DNA of 64,000 nt from Eledone cirrhosa. Lineage: Eukaryota. Positions within the stretch are counted from its first letter, which is position 1, and every line of letters begins with the position of its first letter. Made by a program: the position numbers and the translations under genes. The stretch lies in assembly GCA_964016885.1 (NCBI GenBank), contig OZ024741.1:391344001-391408000 (forward strand), written 5' to 3'. The notes under the pieces were generated by a model. The model made no database searches and had not been told where the DNA came from. It worked only from the letters and a program-made list of their open reading frames with translations. Below are positions 1-10,844 of the stretch, piece after piece.

Positions 1-2200
1 GTGTACTTAATGATGATGGCGTACTTGCCATCACTGACGCTGATAAGAAGGTAGCTTGGAAGTGTCACTACGAAAGGCTACTAAATGAGGAGAATAAATG
101 GGAGAAAGACAGTCTCCCCCACATCGACCCAATAGAGGGACCAGCAGTGTTAGTCGAAGGTAGTATAATAAGTAAGGCAATCAAAGATATGAAGACGGGT
201 AAGGCGGCTGGGCCTTCGGAAATAGTTGCTGAGATGCTGAAAGCCTCTGGAACGGTGGGACACACCATGGTCACCCGGATAGTAAACCAAGTCATACAGA
301 ATGGGGTTGTTCCGAAGGACTGGCGTAGCAACATCATCATTAACTGTTACAAGGGTAAAGGAGATGCCCTAGATAAGAGTAACTATAGAGGCATTAAATT
401 AATCGACCAGGTCATGAAGGTCACGGAAAAAGTAATAGCGCAACTAATCAGAGAGAGAATTGATCTAGATGAAATGCAGTTCGGGTTTGTGTCAGGCAAA
501 AGTACCACAGACGCTCTTTTCATTGTACGACAACTACAGGAGAAGTACCTAGCTAAAAGTAAACCCCTATACTTAGCTTTTGTCGACTTGGAGAAAGCCT
601 TCGACAGAGTCCCCCGTTCCATTATCTGGTGGGCTCTTAGAAAACTAGGTGTTGATGAATGGCTTGTGAGAGCTATACAAGCCATGTATAAAGAAACAGT
701 CAGCAAGGTTAGAATTAACAACGAATATAGTGAAGAGTTTAGCGTAAAAGTTGGTGTTCATCAGGGCTCTGTTCTTAGCCCCCTACTATTTATTATTGCC
801 CTTCAGGCTATAACAGTGGAGTTCAAGACCGGCTGCCCATGGGAACTCCTATACGCAGATGATCTAACGCTCATAGCTGAATCAATGGCCGAGCTAGAGA
901 AGAAATTCCAAACATGGAAGCACGGCCTAGAATCAAAAGGCCTTAAAATTAACCTGGCTAAGACTAAAGTTCTAGTTTGTAGGAAAGAAAATAAGGCGCC
1001 GGTCCCTTCCGGGAAATGGCCATGCTCAGTGTGTAGGAAAGGCGTAGGTAGAAACTCCATTTTATGTCCCAAATGCAAAGTATGGGTGCATAAAAGATGT
1101 AGTGGGATCACAGGTAAGCTAACTAAGAACATAGATTTTACATGTGGCCGGTGCTCTGGTGCAATAAGTAGCAGCAAGTGCCCACAAAATACTAGCTCTT
1201 TCAATTGCGCAGAGGGTTCTATAGAAATAGTGGACAGCTTCCGTTACCTGGGTGACAAAATCAGCAGTGTGGGAGGGTGCTCTGAAAGTACAGTAGCTAG
1301 AGTCAGAACTGGATGGAAAAAGTTCAGAGAGCTTATACCACTATTAGCCGCTAAAGGGTTCTCCCTAAAAATGAAAGGCAGGCTGTATGATGCCTGCATA
1401 CGAACAGCAATGTTGCATGGCAGTGAGACCTGGGCATTGTGTGCTGAGGATATACGCAGACTAGAGAGGAACGAAGCTTGCATGCTCCGCTGGATGTGTA
1501 ATAGTAATATACGTGAACGGCAAAGCATAAACGAACTAAGGGAAAAATTAGAAATAAGAGGGATCAGATGTTGTTTACTCGAGAGAAGGCTACGTTGGTA
1601 TGGTCACGTGATGTGCATGAAAGACTACAGCTGTATAATAAAGTGCAGGGCTATAAAGATAGACGGTAGCCACGGAGTAGGCAGACCCCAAAAAACCTGG
1701 GACGACATGATAAATTCCGACCTCACACACTTACACCTCTCCAAGACAATGTCACTGGACCGAGATCTTTGGCGGTACTCAGTAATACAGAAGACCCGCC
1801 TTACCTAAATACAAAGTAAAATCTACTACAGTCAGTAGGCATCTCTAACAAAATACACCCCGTCCCACCACCCCCACCCCATCCACACCGCCCCTTTCAA
1901 TGTAAAGTTATGTTGGTGCCACAACATCCAGGCCGAAACAAATGAGATCGTGTAGGTGTCGCGACAAAAAAACCCACACAGTCCACACTGTAATGTGGCC
2001 GTGTAGGCAACACAGTAAAAACCTCCCAGTCACACACTATAAATGTGGTTGGTGTTAGGAAGGGCATCCAGCTGTAGAAAACCCGCCAGACAGTCCTATG
2101 CGAGCAAGACAACCACTCTTGCCTCAAGTGGGAAAACTCCCGTCCAAACCCATGCAAGCGTGGAACATGGACGTTAAACGATGATGATGATGATGATGAT
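1..2200 (+). mobile_element. RTE-clade LINE, 3' part with 3' UTR and (GAT)n tail
   Basis: RT ORF, then a ~370-bp UTR containing GTTAGGAAGGGCATCCAGC and ending GGACGTTAAAC-(GAT)n. Short tandem-repeat tails are typical of RTE LINEs. Confidence 0.85.
3..1808 (+). CDS. Non-LTR retrotransposon (RTE-like) ORF2, reverse transcriptase with inserted PHD-type zinc finger; 5'-incomplete
   Basis: Frame is open from base 3 (VLNDDGVLAITDADKKVAWKCHYERLLN...) to TAA 1808. RT motifs: NYRGIKL, QFGF, FVDLEKAFDRV, GVHQGSVLSPLLF, LLYADDL, FRYLG. RTE-type C-terminus: LHGSETW, RRLRWYGHV, GRPQKTW. Confidence 0.93.
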   Translation, partial: VLNDDGVLAITDADKKVAWKCHYERLLNEENKWEKDSLPHIDPIEGPAVLVEGSIISKAIKDMKTGKAAGPSEIVAEMLKASGTVGHTMVTRIVNQVIQNGVVPKDWRSNIIINCYKGKGDALDKSNYRGIKLIDQVMKVTEKVIAQLIRERIDLDEMQFGFVSGKSTTDALFIVRQLQEKYLAKSKPLYLAFVDLEKAFDRVPRSIIWWALRKLGVDEWLVRAIQAMYKETVSKVRINNEYSEEFSVKVGVHQGSVLSPLLFIIALQAITVEFKTGCPWELLYADDLTLIAESMAELEKKFQTWKHGLESKGLKINLAKTKVLVCRKENKAPVPSGKWPCSVCRKGVGRNSILCPKCKVWVHKRCSGITGKLTKNIDFTCGRCSGAISSSKCPQNTSSFNCAEGSIEIVDSFRYLGDKISSVGGCSESTVARVRTGWKKFRELIPLLAAKGFSLKMKGRLYDACIRTAMLHGSETWALCAEDIRRLERNEACMLRWMCNSNIRERQSINELREKLEIRGIRCCLLERRLRWYGHVMCMKDYSCIIKCRAIKIDGSHGVGRPQKTWDDMINSDLTHLHLSKTMSLDRDLWRYSVIQKTRLT

Positions 2201-2242
2201 ATATATATATATATATATTTATATATAATATACATATATATA

Positions 2243-2413
2243 TTCCAAAAACACATTGAAAAATCCAGAAACACCAACAAAAATATGACAGTCAATATTG
2301 AAGCCAGAGAGAGAAATATGGGTAATTTAAGAATAAAGGAAGCCTTGCTTATATGTAGACTCAACCCACAAATCAATAACAGAATGGAATTCAGCACACC
2401 ATACTTTACATAA
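2243..2413 (+). pseudogene. Penelope-like element GIY-YIG endonuclease C-terminal remnant
   Basis: Manual translation FQKHIEKSRNTNKNMTVNIEARERNMGNLRIKEALLICRLNPQINNRMEF...* fits the Penelope C-terminal pattern R.IKEAL.I....P.IN. Not present in the ORF track. Confidence 0.65.
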
Positions 2414-3524
2414 AAGGACACACACACACACGCAACCTAAACACAACTTACACAAGAAATTTGATTCCACGATATATTACATACAGCAATTGACGTCATC
2501 CTTTTGATTCTCGTGAATAATACAGCAAACGTCAAACAACGCTTGAAAGTTGTTTATAACTTTTAAATTTAAATCTAATTTCAAAGCGAATAGCCCGAAA
2601 CTGTTTTTCTCTGAGAGTTCCTTACACTTTAACGAAGGGAATTTTAAGTCCCGAAATATTAGGATGAAAGAAACAAAAACAAACAAAAAAAACAATACCA
2701 TGTAACTAACTTTTTCATTGCTTTCATCTTAATGACCATTTCGTATTGTTTAGCCTTCTTACATAATCACTTTCCACATTATATATATATAAAATATATT
2801 AACAGAGAAAGCTATTAGCGATACTCTGACCAATTCCAACTCACTCAACAAACATTAGGAAATACCTAAGTATATTCCTAATTATACGTTTGTGGTGCTA
2901 ACTATATTGTATTGTGTGGATAAACGGCTGTATTATTTCATATGAAACATAAAATAAATCTCATTCCCCACACGATCGTTTCATTATAAGATTTCTACAA
3001 AGTGGGAGAAAAGTGTCCAAGTTATGTAGAAGCTTGCATAAGATCAATGGATTCCCATGCAAGTGGGCTCTTATAACTCTTCAGTGGGAAGCCCAAGTAA
3101 TATCAATATTAATAACTAAATCAATATTAATATTTAGCGATAATCACCGTCAGTGCTAGATAGGACCGCTTAGTTTGAAAATCTAGCAGTTCTACAAAAA
3201 AAATCTCACACTGTCCCCAAATGGGAAGGGGAGGTCATCGTAAAAAATAAAGATAAAATAATATACACGCAGGTCATTGAACCCTAGGAATCCAAACCTC
3301 GTGTTAAGAACTCAACTGGATATGAAAAGGTAAATACATGTGCGTACTGTTTAAGTATACATAGAGATATTTTCTCAGGCAAAATAACAAATATGGGATA
3401 CAGGAACAATCAATCAATATTCATATAAATATATATAAAAGAGTTTAGATCGATATACGACGATTTCGATCTTGTTGCTGACAACTTTATCAACAAAGCA
3501 TATACGTATGCAAACATTTACGTA

Positions 3525-3685
3525 CATATATATGTATATAAATGTATGCATAAGTATAAATATATATATATTTCTCTCTCTCTCTCTCTCCCTCTCTTTC
3601 TATCTCTCTCTCTGTATATAATATATATATATACACATACATACATATATACATATATATACACACACACATATATATATACATG

Positions 3686-3738
<53 letters not shown>

Positions 3739-4005
3739 TCAAATAATTTATTGCTAGCATTGTTAATATTGTTGTTATTGTTCTGATTGAATGCCATTAC
3801 TACTATATATAGGAGCCATGCCTGTATATTCTTTTCATTCTCACAAGCTCCGATGAATTGACTGCTTATAACTTTGTATTGGTGATCGAATAACGTGAAA
3901 ACAAGCGGGTAGCGATCTCTAGACCTACCAGTTCAGAGAAACAATTGTCAGCAATGAGATTAAAAACCTTTTTTGTATAGCAAACCGTGTCACTCTTCTT
4001 TCCTG

Positions 4006-4061
<56 letters not shown>

Positions 4062-4068
4062 ATATATG

Positions 4069-4153
<85 letters not shown>
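3525..4153. repeat. Compound (TA)n/(CT)n/(CA)n/(TG)n microsatellites
   Basis: Visible dinucleotide runs at ~3525-3735 and ~4009-4153. They explain the low-complexity ORFs in the track. Confidence 0.95.
3847..3952 (+). ncRNA. Minimal type-I hammerhead ribozyme-like motif (degenerate), Penelope pseudo-LTR type
   Basis: GCT-CCGATGA-[TTGACTG...CAGTTCA]-GAAAC-AATT-GTC-AGC. Short stem I (GCT/AGC), core CUGANGA with one substitution, GAAA, palindromic stem III ACAATTGT, GUC cleavage triplet. Confidence 0.5.
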
Positions 4154-4154
<1 letters not shown>

Positions 4155-5029
4155 TTCGTTTTGTGTTTTCACGTTGCTAAACATTAAATAAACATACGCT
4201 TATCGAGAAATATATAAATCTACCTGTCTAAACTCTCCATACATTCTCTTCCACCCTTTCTCATTCTCCATCTCTTATTCTCCCTTTCTCACCCTCTATT
4301 TTTCTCCTTATCTCTCTCCATCTCTTTCAAACACATCTGTGATTTTCTATATGTATAAATCTCGCAATCGACATCACAAGAGACCTAATAGTCGGTATGA
4401 TAAAGCAAGATCTGAAAATCTATTTGCTGATAAATCGCTAGAACATGTCAATTTAATGTACAGAATCTTTTAAAGAGAATTCAAGAGGTTTCTATTAATT
4501 GAGGACCTACAGCTAGTCATATACGTATCAGTCTTTCAGCTCTAATTGCAAACTAGAAAGACTTTCGAAACGGATGTTTTCAAGCAGATTGTGCATATTA
4601 GATATTTTGTGTGTATCTACGAGTACATATATGATTTATTTCTGTTAACAAAATAAAAGCTACTTAGAAATCTGGAGACATTTATCAGCTTGATGTACAC
4701 CTAAATCTAACGATATTTGTGTCCCAGTAAGTAGGCGACATTTTAAAGAATACACACAGATAAATATGTTTTCATGTGTTTAATATTATTGATATTAAAA
4801 ATCTTAACAGGTAATTACTTGATAAATACACAGGTATTTCATGTCACAGCTGTAACTTATTAAGCACTAATTTAAGACAGAAAGAAAAACACAAAACACT
4901 TAGTCATGAGGCTCATTTCTTGTTGTAGACATCAAGATCGCAGTAAAAACCCTCGCTACGGTAGACATTAGTAAAATAACCTATTTTACCAGTACTAAGT
5001 GACTGGGGAATTAACATACGGTAATGAAA

Positions 5030-5280
5030 TCACCATCATCATCATCATCATCATCATCTATCTGTTTCGACTCGATCATACTGTCCGTCTCGATCCTGCA
5101 TAGTGTTTAGAAGGTCAGTGGGGCAACATCCCGTGTCAGTACAGAACTAGTCGTTGAAGGTTTTCGTTGGACGGCCGACCTGTGTATATTTACGTTGTGG
5201 TGTCCTTAAAAGTATATTACAAATGAATTCTTATCTAGATCTCCAGCAATGTCCTGCAAAGCGCATACATCTCTCTCCAA
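5030..5280 (-). mobile_element. Degenerate 3' end of an RTE/RTE-X-like LINE with (GAT)n tail
   Basis: Minus strand gives ERCMRFAGHCWRSR and, after a disruption, LLRTPQRKYTQVGRPTKTFND*FCTDTGCCPTDLLNTMQDRDG. The (CAT)n at ~5031-5058 is the tail. Confidence 0.7.
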
Positions 5281-5809
5281 TGACATAAGCGATTGCAAAA
5301 AGATTGGCGTATACTGAAATAACCAAAGTCGTATTTAAAATAGTAGAAACAATTACTATTATATAGTTTAAGAAGACGGAATGGCAGAGACTTTGTAGCG
5401 TAATTGATAAAGCAGTAGCTCCGTAAGCGATGGATATGGAGTTCAAGTTCTACCCGTGGGCTTGTTGTTTCCAGTTGCTGCTTAAAATCTGTGTTTTTAA
5501 TGTCTAAAATAATGTATATTAAGCTATTAGAAGTTAATTAATTCATAAATACATACGTATTTCATATGTGATAGCTGTAACTGTATAAACAGATTACGTG
5601 ACTAACAATCAGTTGATGGACTTCGCATTTTTTAAAACTGTTTAGCCAGAGAGAAAGGGAAGTCTTTATGACCACTTTCAGGATCCGCAAGACTAGTGAA
5701 AGGGAAAGCAAGGTACCTTAATGTCAGATACCTGGTTCGAACGCTTTCAACCGAGTGAACTAGGCTAAATACCAAGTGGCAATGGTGGTGTTAAATCGGA
5801 TGGCGGATT

Positions 5810-6185
5810 AAATCAAGTGGGATATGAACATAGCACGGAAAGAGCCGGACCAAATAGCGCAATGCATCTTGTTCGATCCACTAACAGTTTGACCAATCCA
5901 CCACCTTAAGATGGAACTTTATTTTGTCGACCCCTGAAAAAATGAAATACAAAGTTGACCTTGGTGAGATTTGAATTCTGGATACAGAGAGCCAGCACAA
6001 ATATCGAAAAGCATTTTGTATTAAGCTGTAGTGAGCCTGTGCTGCCTAAAATGTTCTAAACTTGGCCGTTCGACTATTGAAAATAACCCATCCATTATAA
6101 CAGCGCACTACTTCACTGGTACTTTATTTATCGAACTCGAAAGGAAGAAAAGCAAGGCTGAACTCGGGGATTTTGAACACCGTGG
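5810..6185 (-). mobile_element. Three adjacent degenerate tRNA-derived SINE copies (same family as 9685-11860)
   Basis: Diverged matches to ACTTTATTTTATCGACCCC..GGATGAAAGGCAAAGT.ACCTCGGCGGGATTTGAACTCAG at ~5810-5907, ~5915-6047 and ~6115-6185. Confidence 0.6.
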
Positions 6186-6487
6186 TAAGCAGATATTTCG
6201 ACGATGAGTCTTCCAGTGTTTTTTCTGCTTTTCTTAAAAGATTATCTTCAATATATACAAAATATTTCTCTCTCGATATTCTATGTTTAGGGCGAATTTA
6301 CTTTCCCAGATAAAAGAGATAAGCTTTTTGGTGGGTGTCTGTGTGGAACACAGAATTAGTTAAGTTAAAGGCGTGATTGTTAGTTTATGTATTATTTATT
6401 TATTATTTGTTTTATATATATATATATATTTAGTTTTTGTGATTTTTTTCTCCCGCCAGATAACCACAAGCTATCAATGTCAGCTAA

Positions 6488-6520
<33 letters not shown>

Positions 6521-6654
6521 GTCACACTGAGTCTCTATATATGGTTACTAAGTGTTCATGGCCCGGAAAATGTTAATCAGACAGAGGCAACCTGTTGATG
6601 TTGAGTACGATAGCCACAATCTATACTTAGATTCCGGTTAGATAGTAAGTGCGG

Positions 6655-6834
6655 ATATACATACATACACACACATACATTGATACATACATACATACAT
6701 ACATACATACATACATACATACGCACACATACATGCATACATTCATACATACAAACATACATACATACGCACATAAATATATACAAACGTATATACATAC
6801 ATGGATACACATGTGCACACATGCACATATATAC

Positions 6835-6876
<42 letters not shown>
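6655..6876. repeat. (CATA)n/(TA)n microsatellite
   Basis: Directly visible. Confidence 0.95.
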
Positions 6877-6878
<2 letters not shown>

Positions 6879-7484
6879 TGGCTGCCAACTCGTTTTCGAG
6901 TACGGCCACTACTTTATATCCATGTAGGAGAACCCCAACCGATGCGCTGAACGAGTGTGACTTTTTAGTCCAGCCAGCGACTTGAAAACTCTGGTACAAA
7001 CACTACACTTGTGACCATTATTGACACATAGTGCTGGGCCCATGGTACCATGTGACGACAAGTGCAGAGAGATCTCCAGATATAAAGCAATGCCTGTGCC
7101 GTGAAGCTTTTATAGTGAGCAAAGGCACTGCACAAAGCCAGTCCCACTCTCTTAACCAAGATGATATTTATCAAAAAGAAGAACAAGTCAACATCATTGG
7201 ATACCATCAGGGTTGCAGGTGTTATATCAGAGTTTTCCTTCTCCTAGAATTCTGCCTTGACAAAGGCTAAGGGTCATCTCTCCCAGTGATTTTGGATGGC
7301 CATTGACTCTTAAGAGCTCCTTTGCCCTTTGACAGGTTTTGTTTTTAGTCCTGCAGGATGTCCAAAGTCACCCTCCTCACCAAGAAACCTTGGTGGGGTT
7401 GCCAGTTTAGTCGCCAACGACCCGACCATGAGACAGGTTGTATTGGGATACATGTTACCAGTAGCACCAACTGGTGACCCGACA
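6877..7484 (-). mobile_element. Short non-autonomous RTE-derived element (5'UTR-like part plus 3' end encoding a C2H2 finger), copy 1
   Basis: Minus strand has an RTE 5'UTR-like motif CTAGGAGAAGGAAAACTCTGA, then CSVCTRVFKSLAGLKSHTRSAH (C-x2-C-x12-H-x4-H), a stop and a (TA)n tail. Near-identical copy at 10845-11305. Confidence 0.65.
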
Positions 7485-7661
7485 CAATATATATATATAT
7501 ATATATACATACATACACGCATATATCCACAGAAACATGTACATTTACACATATAAACATAATACATACACACATGCACATGTTTTTTTTACTATCACAA
7601 TATATATAGTTCTCCCACTCTCTCCTTTTTCTTTTCTAGAAAATACATTATATTATTTGTT

Positions 7662-7663
<2 letters not shown>

Positions 7664-7711
<48 letters not shown>

Positions 7712-7715
7712 TATA

Positions 7716-7757
<42 letters not shown>

Positions 7758-7759
7758 TA

Positions 7760-7805
<46 letters not shown>

Positions 7806-7811
7806 TATATA

Positions 7812-7853
<42 letters not shown>

Positions 7854-7897
7854 TATATATATGTGTGTGTATATATATATATACACACATATATATA

Positions 7898-7931
<34 letters not shown>

Positions 7932-7988
7932 CATATATATACACATGTATATATATATATATATACACATGTATATATATATATACAC

Positions 7989-8032
<44 letters not shown>

Positions 8033-8053
8033 GTGTGTGTGTGTGTTTGTGTT

Positions 8054-8124
<71 letters not shown>
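7664..8124. repeat. Compound (TA)n/ACAC/GTGT and (TG)n microsatellite
   Basis: Directly visible. Confidence 0.95.
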
Positions 8125-8126
<2 letters not shown>

Positions 8127-8404
8127 CAAGCTTGCCTTACAGCCATTTAAGTTCGACAAAAAGAACTAGTCTAGTACTGAGGTCGATTCTTCCTCATCCC
8201 GATCCTCTTACGCTCTATCCTTCTCTGGAAGAAATCTGTTATATTCAGACATGAAGAGGTGGACTCTGCCAGGTTTTAAAACGCCCTAGAAACATTCTAT
8301 GTCAATATGGCGCCCCTAAGACTCCATCAGAAGTTAGGGGTGAAGCAAAATGAAATATATTTTTTTTTCCATCTTTAGGGGTTATATATATATATATATA
8401 TATA

Positions 8405-8485
8405 TAGGAAAAAGTTTAACCTCGACGGCAGAGCTCAAGCCGTCGAAACGGCTTGAGCTCTGCCGTCGGGGTTAACTTTTTCCTA
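8405..8485. repeat. Near-perfect inverted repeat/hairpin (~38-bp arms, CGAA loop)
   Basis: TAGGAAAAAGTTTAACCTCGACGGCAGAGCTCAAGCCGT-CGAA-ACGGCTTGAGCTCTGCCGTCGGGGTTAACTTTTTCCTA, with one bulge and one mismatch. Confidence 0.92.
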
Positions 8486-8816
8486 CTACCCACTCTCCTA
8501 CCCTAAGTATTGAGTACTCTGGTGCGTTATCGTCCATCTGGTTCCTTACCACACCTTCGTTATATATATATATATATAATAAATGTAATCTGAGTTTTTC
8601 GAACATTAATAACATTCGATTCGTTTGCAATTATGCAAACAAGCCTCAATTTTATAGCCATGTCAGTAGAATGAACACTTCATTCTTGCTCTTGTGTTGG
8701 CATGTGAACAGAACTGCAGACACTAATGTTTCTGGGTATCACCCTTTATCAGTACAGCTCACTGTTCACCTACCAAACTAGTGAAAATATATGCTATTTT
8801 CAAAAATACACAGTGA

Positions 8817-8915
8817 CTGATCGGCCTGATTTGCATATTAGCAGACTGGCTGATCAGTCAGATCTGCATATTAGCAGATCCACTGATCAGCCAGATTTGC
8901 ATATTAGCAGACTGG
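8817..8915 (+). repeat. 33-bp tandem repeat x3 containing octamer motifs
   Basis: Units CTGATCGGCCTGATTTGCATATTAGCAGACTGG / CTGATCAGTCAGATCTGCATATTAGCAGATCCA / CTGATCAGCCAGATTTGCATATTAGCAGACTGG. Confidence 0.88.
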
Positions 8916-9364
8916 CCAGTCAGTTTCCTCTATACGAGCGATAAATATTTGAATTAACAAACACCTGTTTGAGATATTTTCTACTAAATAAATAAAAGAT
9001 GTTAAGAGAGATATCAATCATATGTACATGTCTAATCTATTGTAGGAAAATAATAAAAACTCACTGCTTAGGAGTCACGGCAGACAGGATGGAGAAGGCA
9101 TTGCCATGAAAGCAGTGAGTAGGGGTGTGCTCCGGGGGGGCCAAGATGGCCTGAAGTCTCCACTGCCACGGGCTCGACCACTGATCACCAAATGGTCAAG
9201 CTCAGTATACGCCGCGACAACAATCACACCAGTCTGGGAAGCCCTGTAAAGTTCATGGCCGCTGTTTTATCTCCCTTCAATATATCATGATAGGCAAAAA
9301 AAGAACGAAAATGGTTGATAAAGATTCTTTGTATAATTTTGATGGCTTTGAAATGTCAGTTGCG

Positions 9365-9424
<60 letters not shown>

Positions 9425-9684
9425 TACACCATTGTGGGTGTTGGCTAAATACTTGATAGTTCTTAAACAGGATCAACTTGATGATGTCAGCTGATATATG
9501 AAATATATATATATCTACCAAAATGTCACTGTAGCAGAACCAGCATCTTCGGATTGGTAAAGAAAACAAGTGATTCATTCTCAATAAAGACATTTTCTAG
9601 ATTCTGTATATTCCAGTGATGTCACGTTACTATTTCTTGAGGAAATATCTATTTTATGATGAATGCATCGTTATGGAAAATAAT

Positions 9685-9866
9685 TGTTTCTACTTTAGGC
9701 ACAAGGCCAGCAATTAACCAGTGCATTACTGGTACTTTATTTTATCGACCCCGTAAGGATGAAAGGCAAAGTAAACCTCGGCGGGATTTGAACTCAGACC
9801 GTAAAGGGACGTAACTATGCTGGAAAGCATGGCGTCCGACTCTCTACTGATACTGCCAATTCACCG
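9685..9866 (-). mobile_element. tRNA-derived SINE with Nin/Deu-like central domain
   Basis: Minus strand: A-box-like TGGCAGTATCAG, B-box GAGTTCAAATCC, central TTTGCCTTTCATCCTTACGGGGTCGATAAAATAAAGTACCAG. TSD GGAAAATAAT at 9675-9684 and 9866-9875. Confidence 0.85.
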
Positions 9867-9934
9867 GAAAATAATGATTATGTATGGTTATATTCATGTA
9901 TGTAAGTTCCATAGCCATTATTTCACTCTTACTA

Positions 9935-10287
9935 TATTCACCACTCTCACAGGCCCCAACGGTTCATTCTGTATCCGCCACTTCTTCAGCTTCACCGCCA
10001 CCCGCGTTGTCCATGTCCTCCGGTGTTCCCTTTACGGGTCCTTATACATCCGACAAACGGGATGTCGTATGGCGGACCGTTTTGCTGAATGTTTGAAGGA
10101 CACACGACTCAGTATGGATACCCCCATCGCCCGTCATTTCCGTTCCCCAGATCACTCTTCCCTACATGCCTCAGTCCTTTTACATCATGAATCACAGGCC
10201 TCGCGCACGAGGACTAAACAGAGTCTGATTTTCCGCCTTGGGTCCTGTTTCCCCAATGGACTCTACTCCCCTCCCCAATTTCTTTAA
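9935..10287 (+). pseudogene. Degenerate Penelope-like (Neptune-type) GIY-YIG endonuclease domain
   Basis: GPNGSFCIRHFFSFTATRVVHVLRCSLYGSLYIRQTGCRMADRFAECLKD...IARHF...QSLIFRLGSCFPNGL resembles VIY.I.C..C..LYIGQTGR.L.DRF.EH...HF...EQ.LIF.LG...P.GLN, with key residues substituted. Confidence 0.75.
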
Positions 10288-10521
10288 TATTACACACATA
10301 CGTTCCTGCTTACTTCTCTACACTTTGCCCGTCACGTTTATCCCGCTCGTTATCACACACGCGCTTGTACATTCACCCCGAGATTCCTATAACTCTCTTA
10401 TGGTCAGAAACATATACTCTTACAGCTGATACAGACCAACAAAAGACACGCATACTCTCCTTTTCCCTTCACAGCTCTGTATACACACGCACACACACTC
10501 CATTATATTAACTTGCTTTTG

Positions 10522-10708
10522 GGGCGGTGGATTGGCAGTATCGGTAGAGAGTCGGACACCATACTTTGAAGCATAGAGTTACGTCCATTTATGATCTGAG
10601 TTCAAATCCCGCCGAGGTCAACTTTGCCTTTCATCCTTACGGGGTCGATAAAATAAAGTACCAGTAATGTACTGGGTTATTGCTGGCGTTGTGCCTAAAA
10701 TAGAAACA
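10522..10708 (+). mobile_element. tRNA-derived Nin/Deu-like SINE with 20-bp TSD
   Basis: Same family as 9685. Perfect direct repeat ATTATATTAACTTGCTTTTG at 10502-10521 and 10709-10728. Confidence 0.9.
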
Positions 10709-10844
10709 ATTATATTAACTTGCTTTTGTTCACAGCTTCGTACTTACAAGCACACAAACGCACACTTTTACTTACATATACACACACATATCCTCTTAGC
10801 TTCGTGCAGCCGTATAATAGCACACACACACACACACACACACA

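Noticed and set aside
68-1528. Minus-strand ORFs
   Set aside because: Antisense shadows of the RT ORF with no recognisable motifs.
5395-5470. tRNA-like A/B boxes
   Set aside because: No cloverleaf; at most a decayed SINE head.
3490-8254. YI/CV/HT-rich ORFs (also at 12.1, 16.4 and 20.1-21.8 kb)
   Set aside because: Translations of (TA)n, (CA)n and (CATA)n microsatellites.
9070-9280. GC-rich patch translating ...TTDHQMVKLSIR, like an APE endonuclease end
   Set aside because: Single short motif; cannot be supported without a search.
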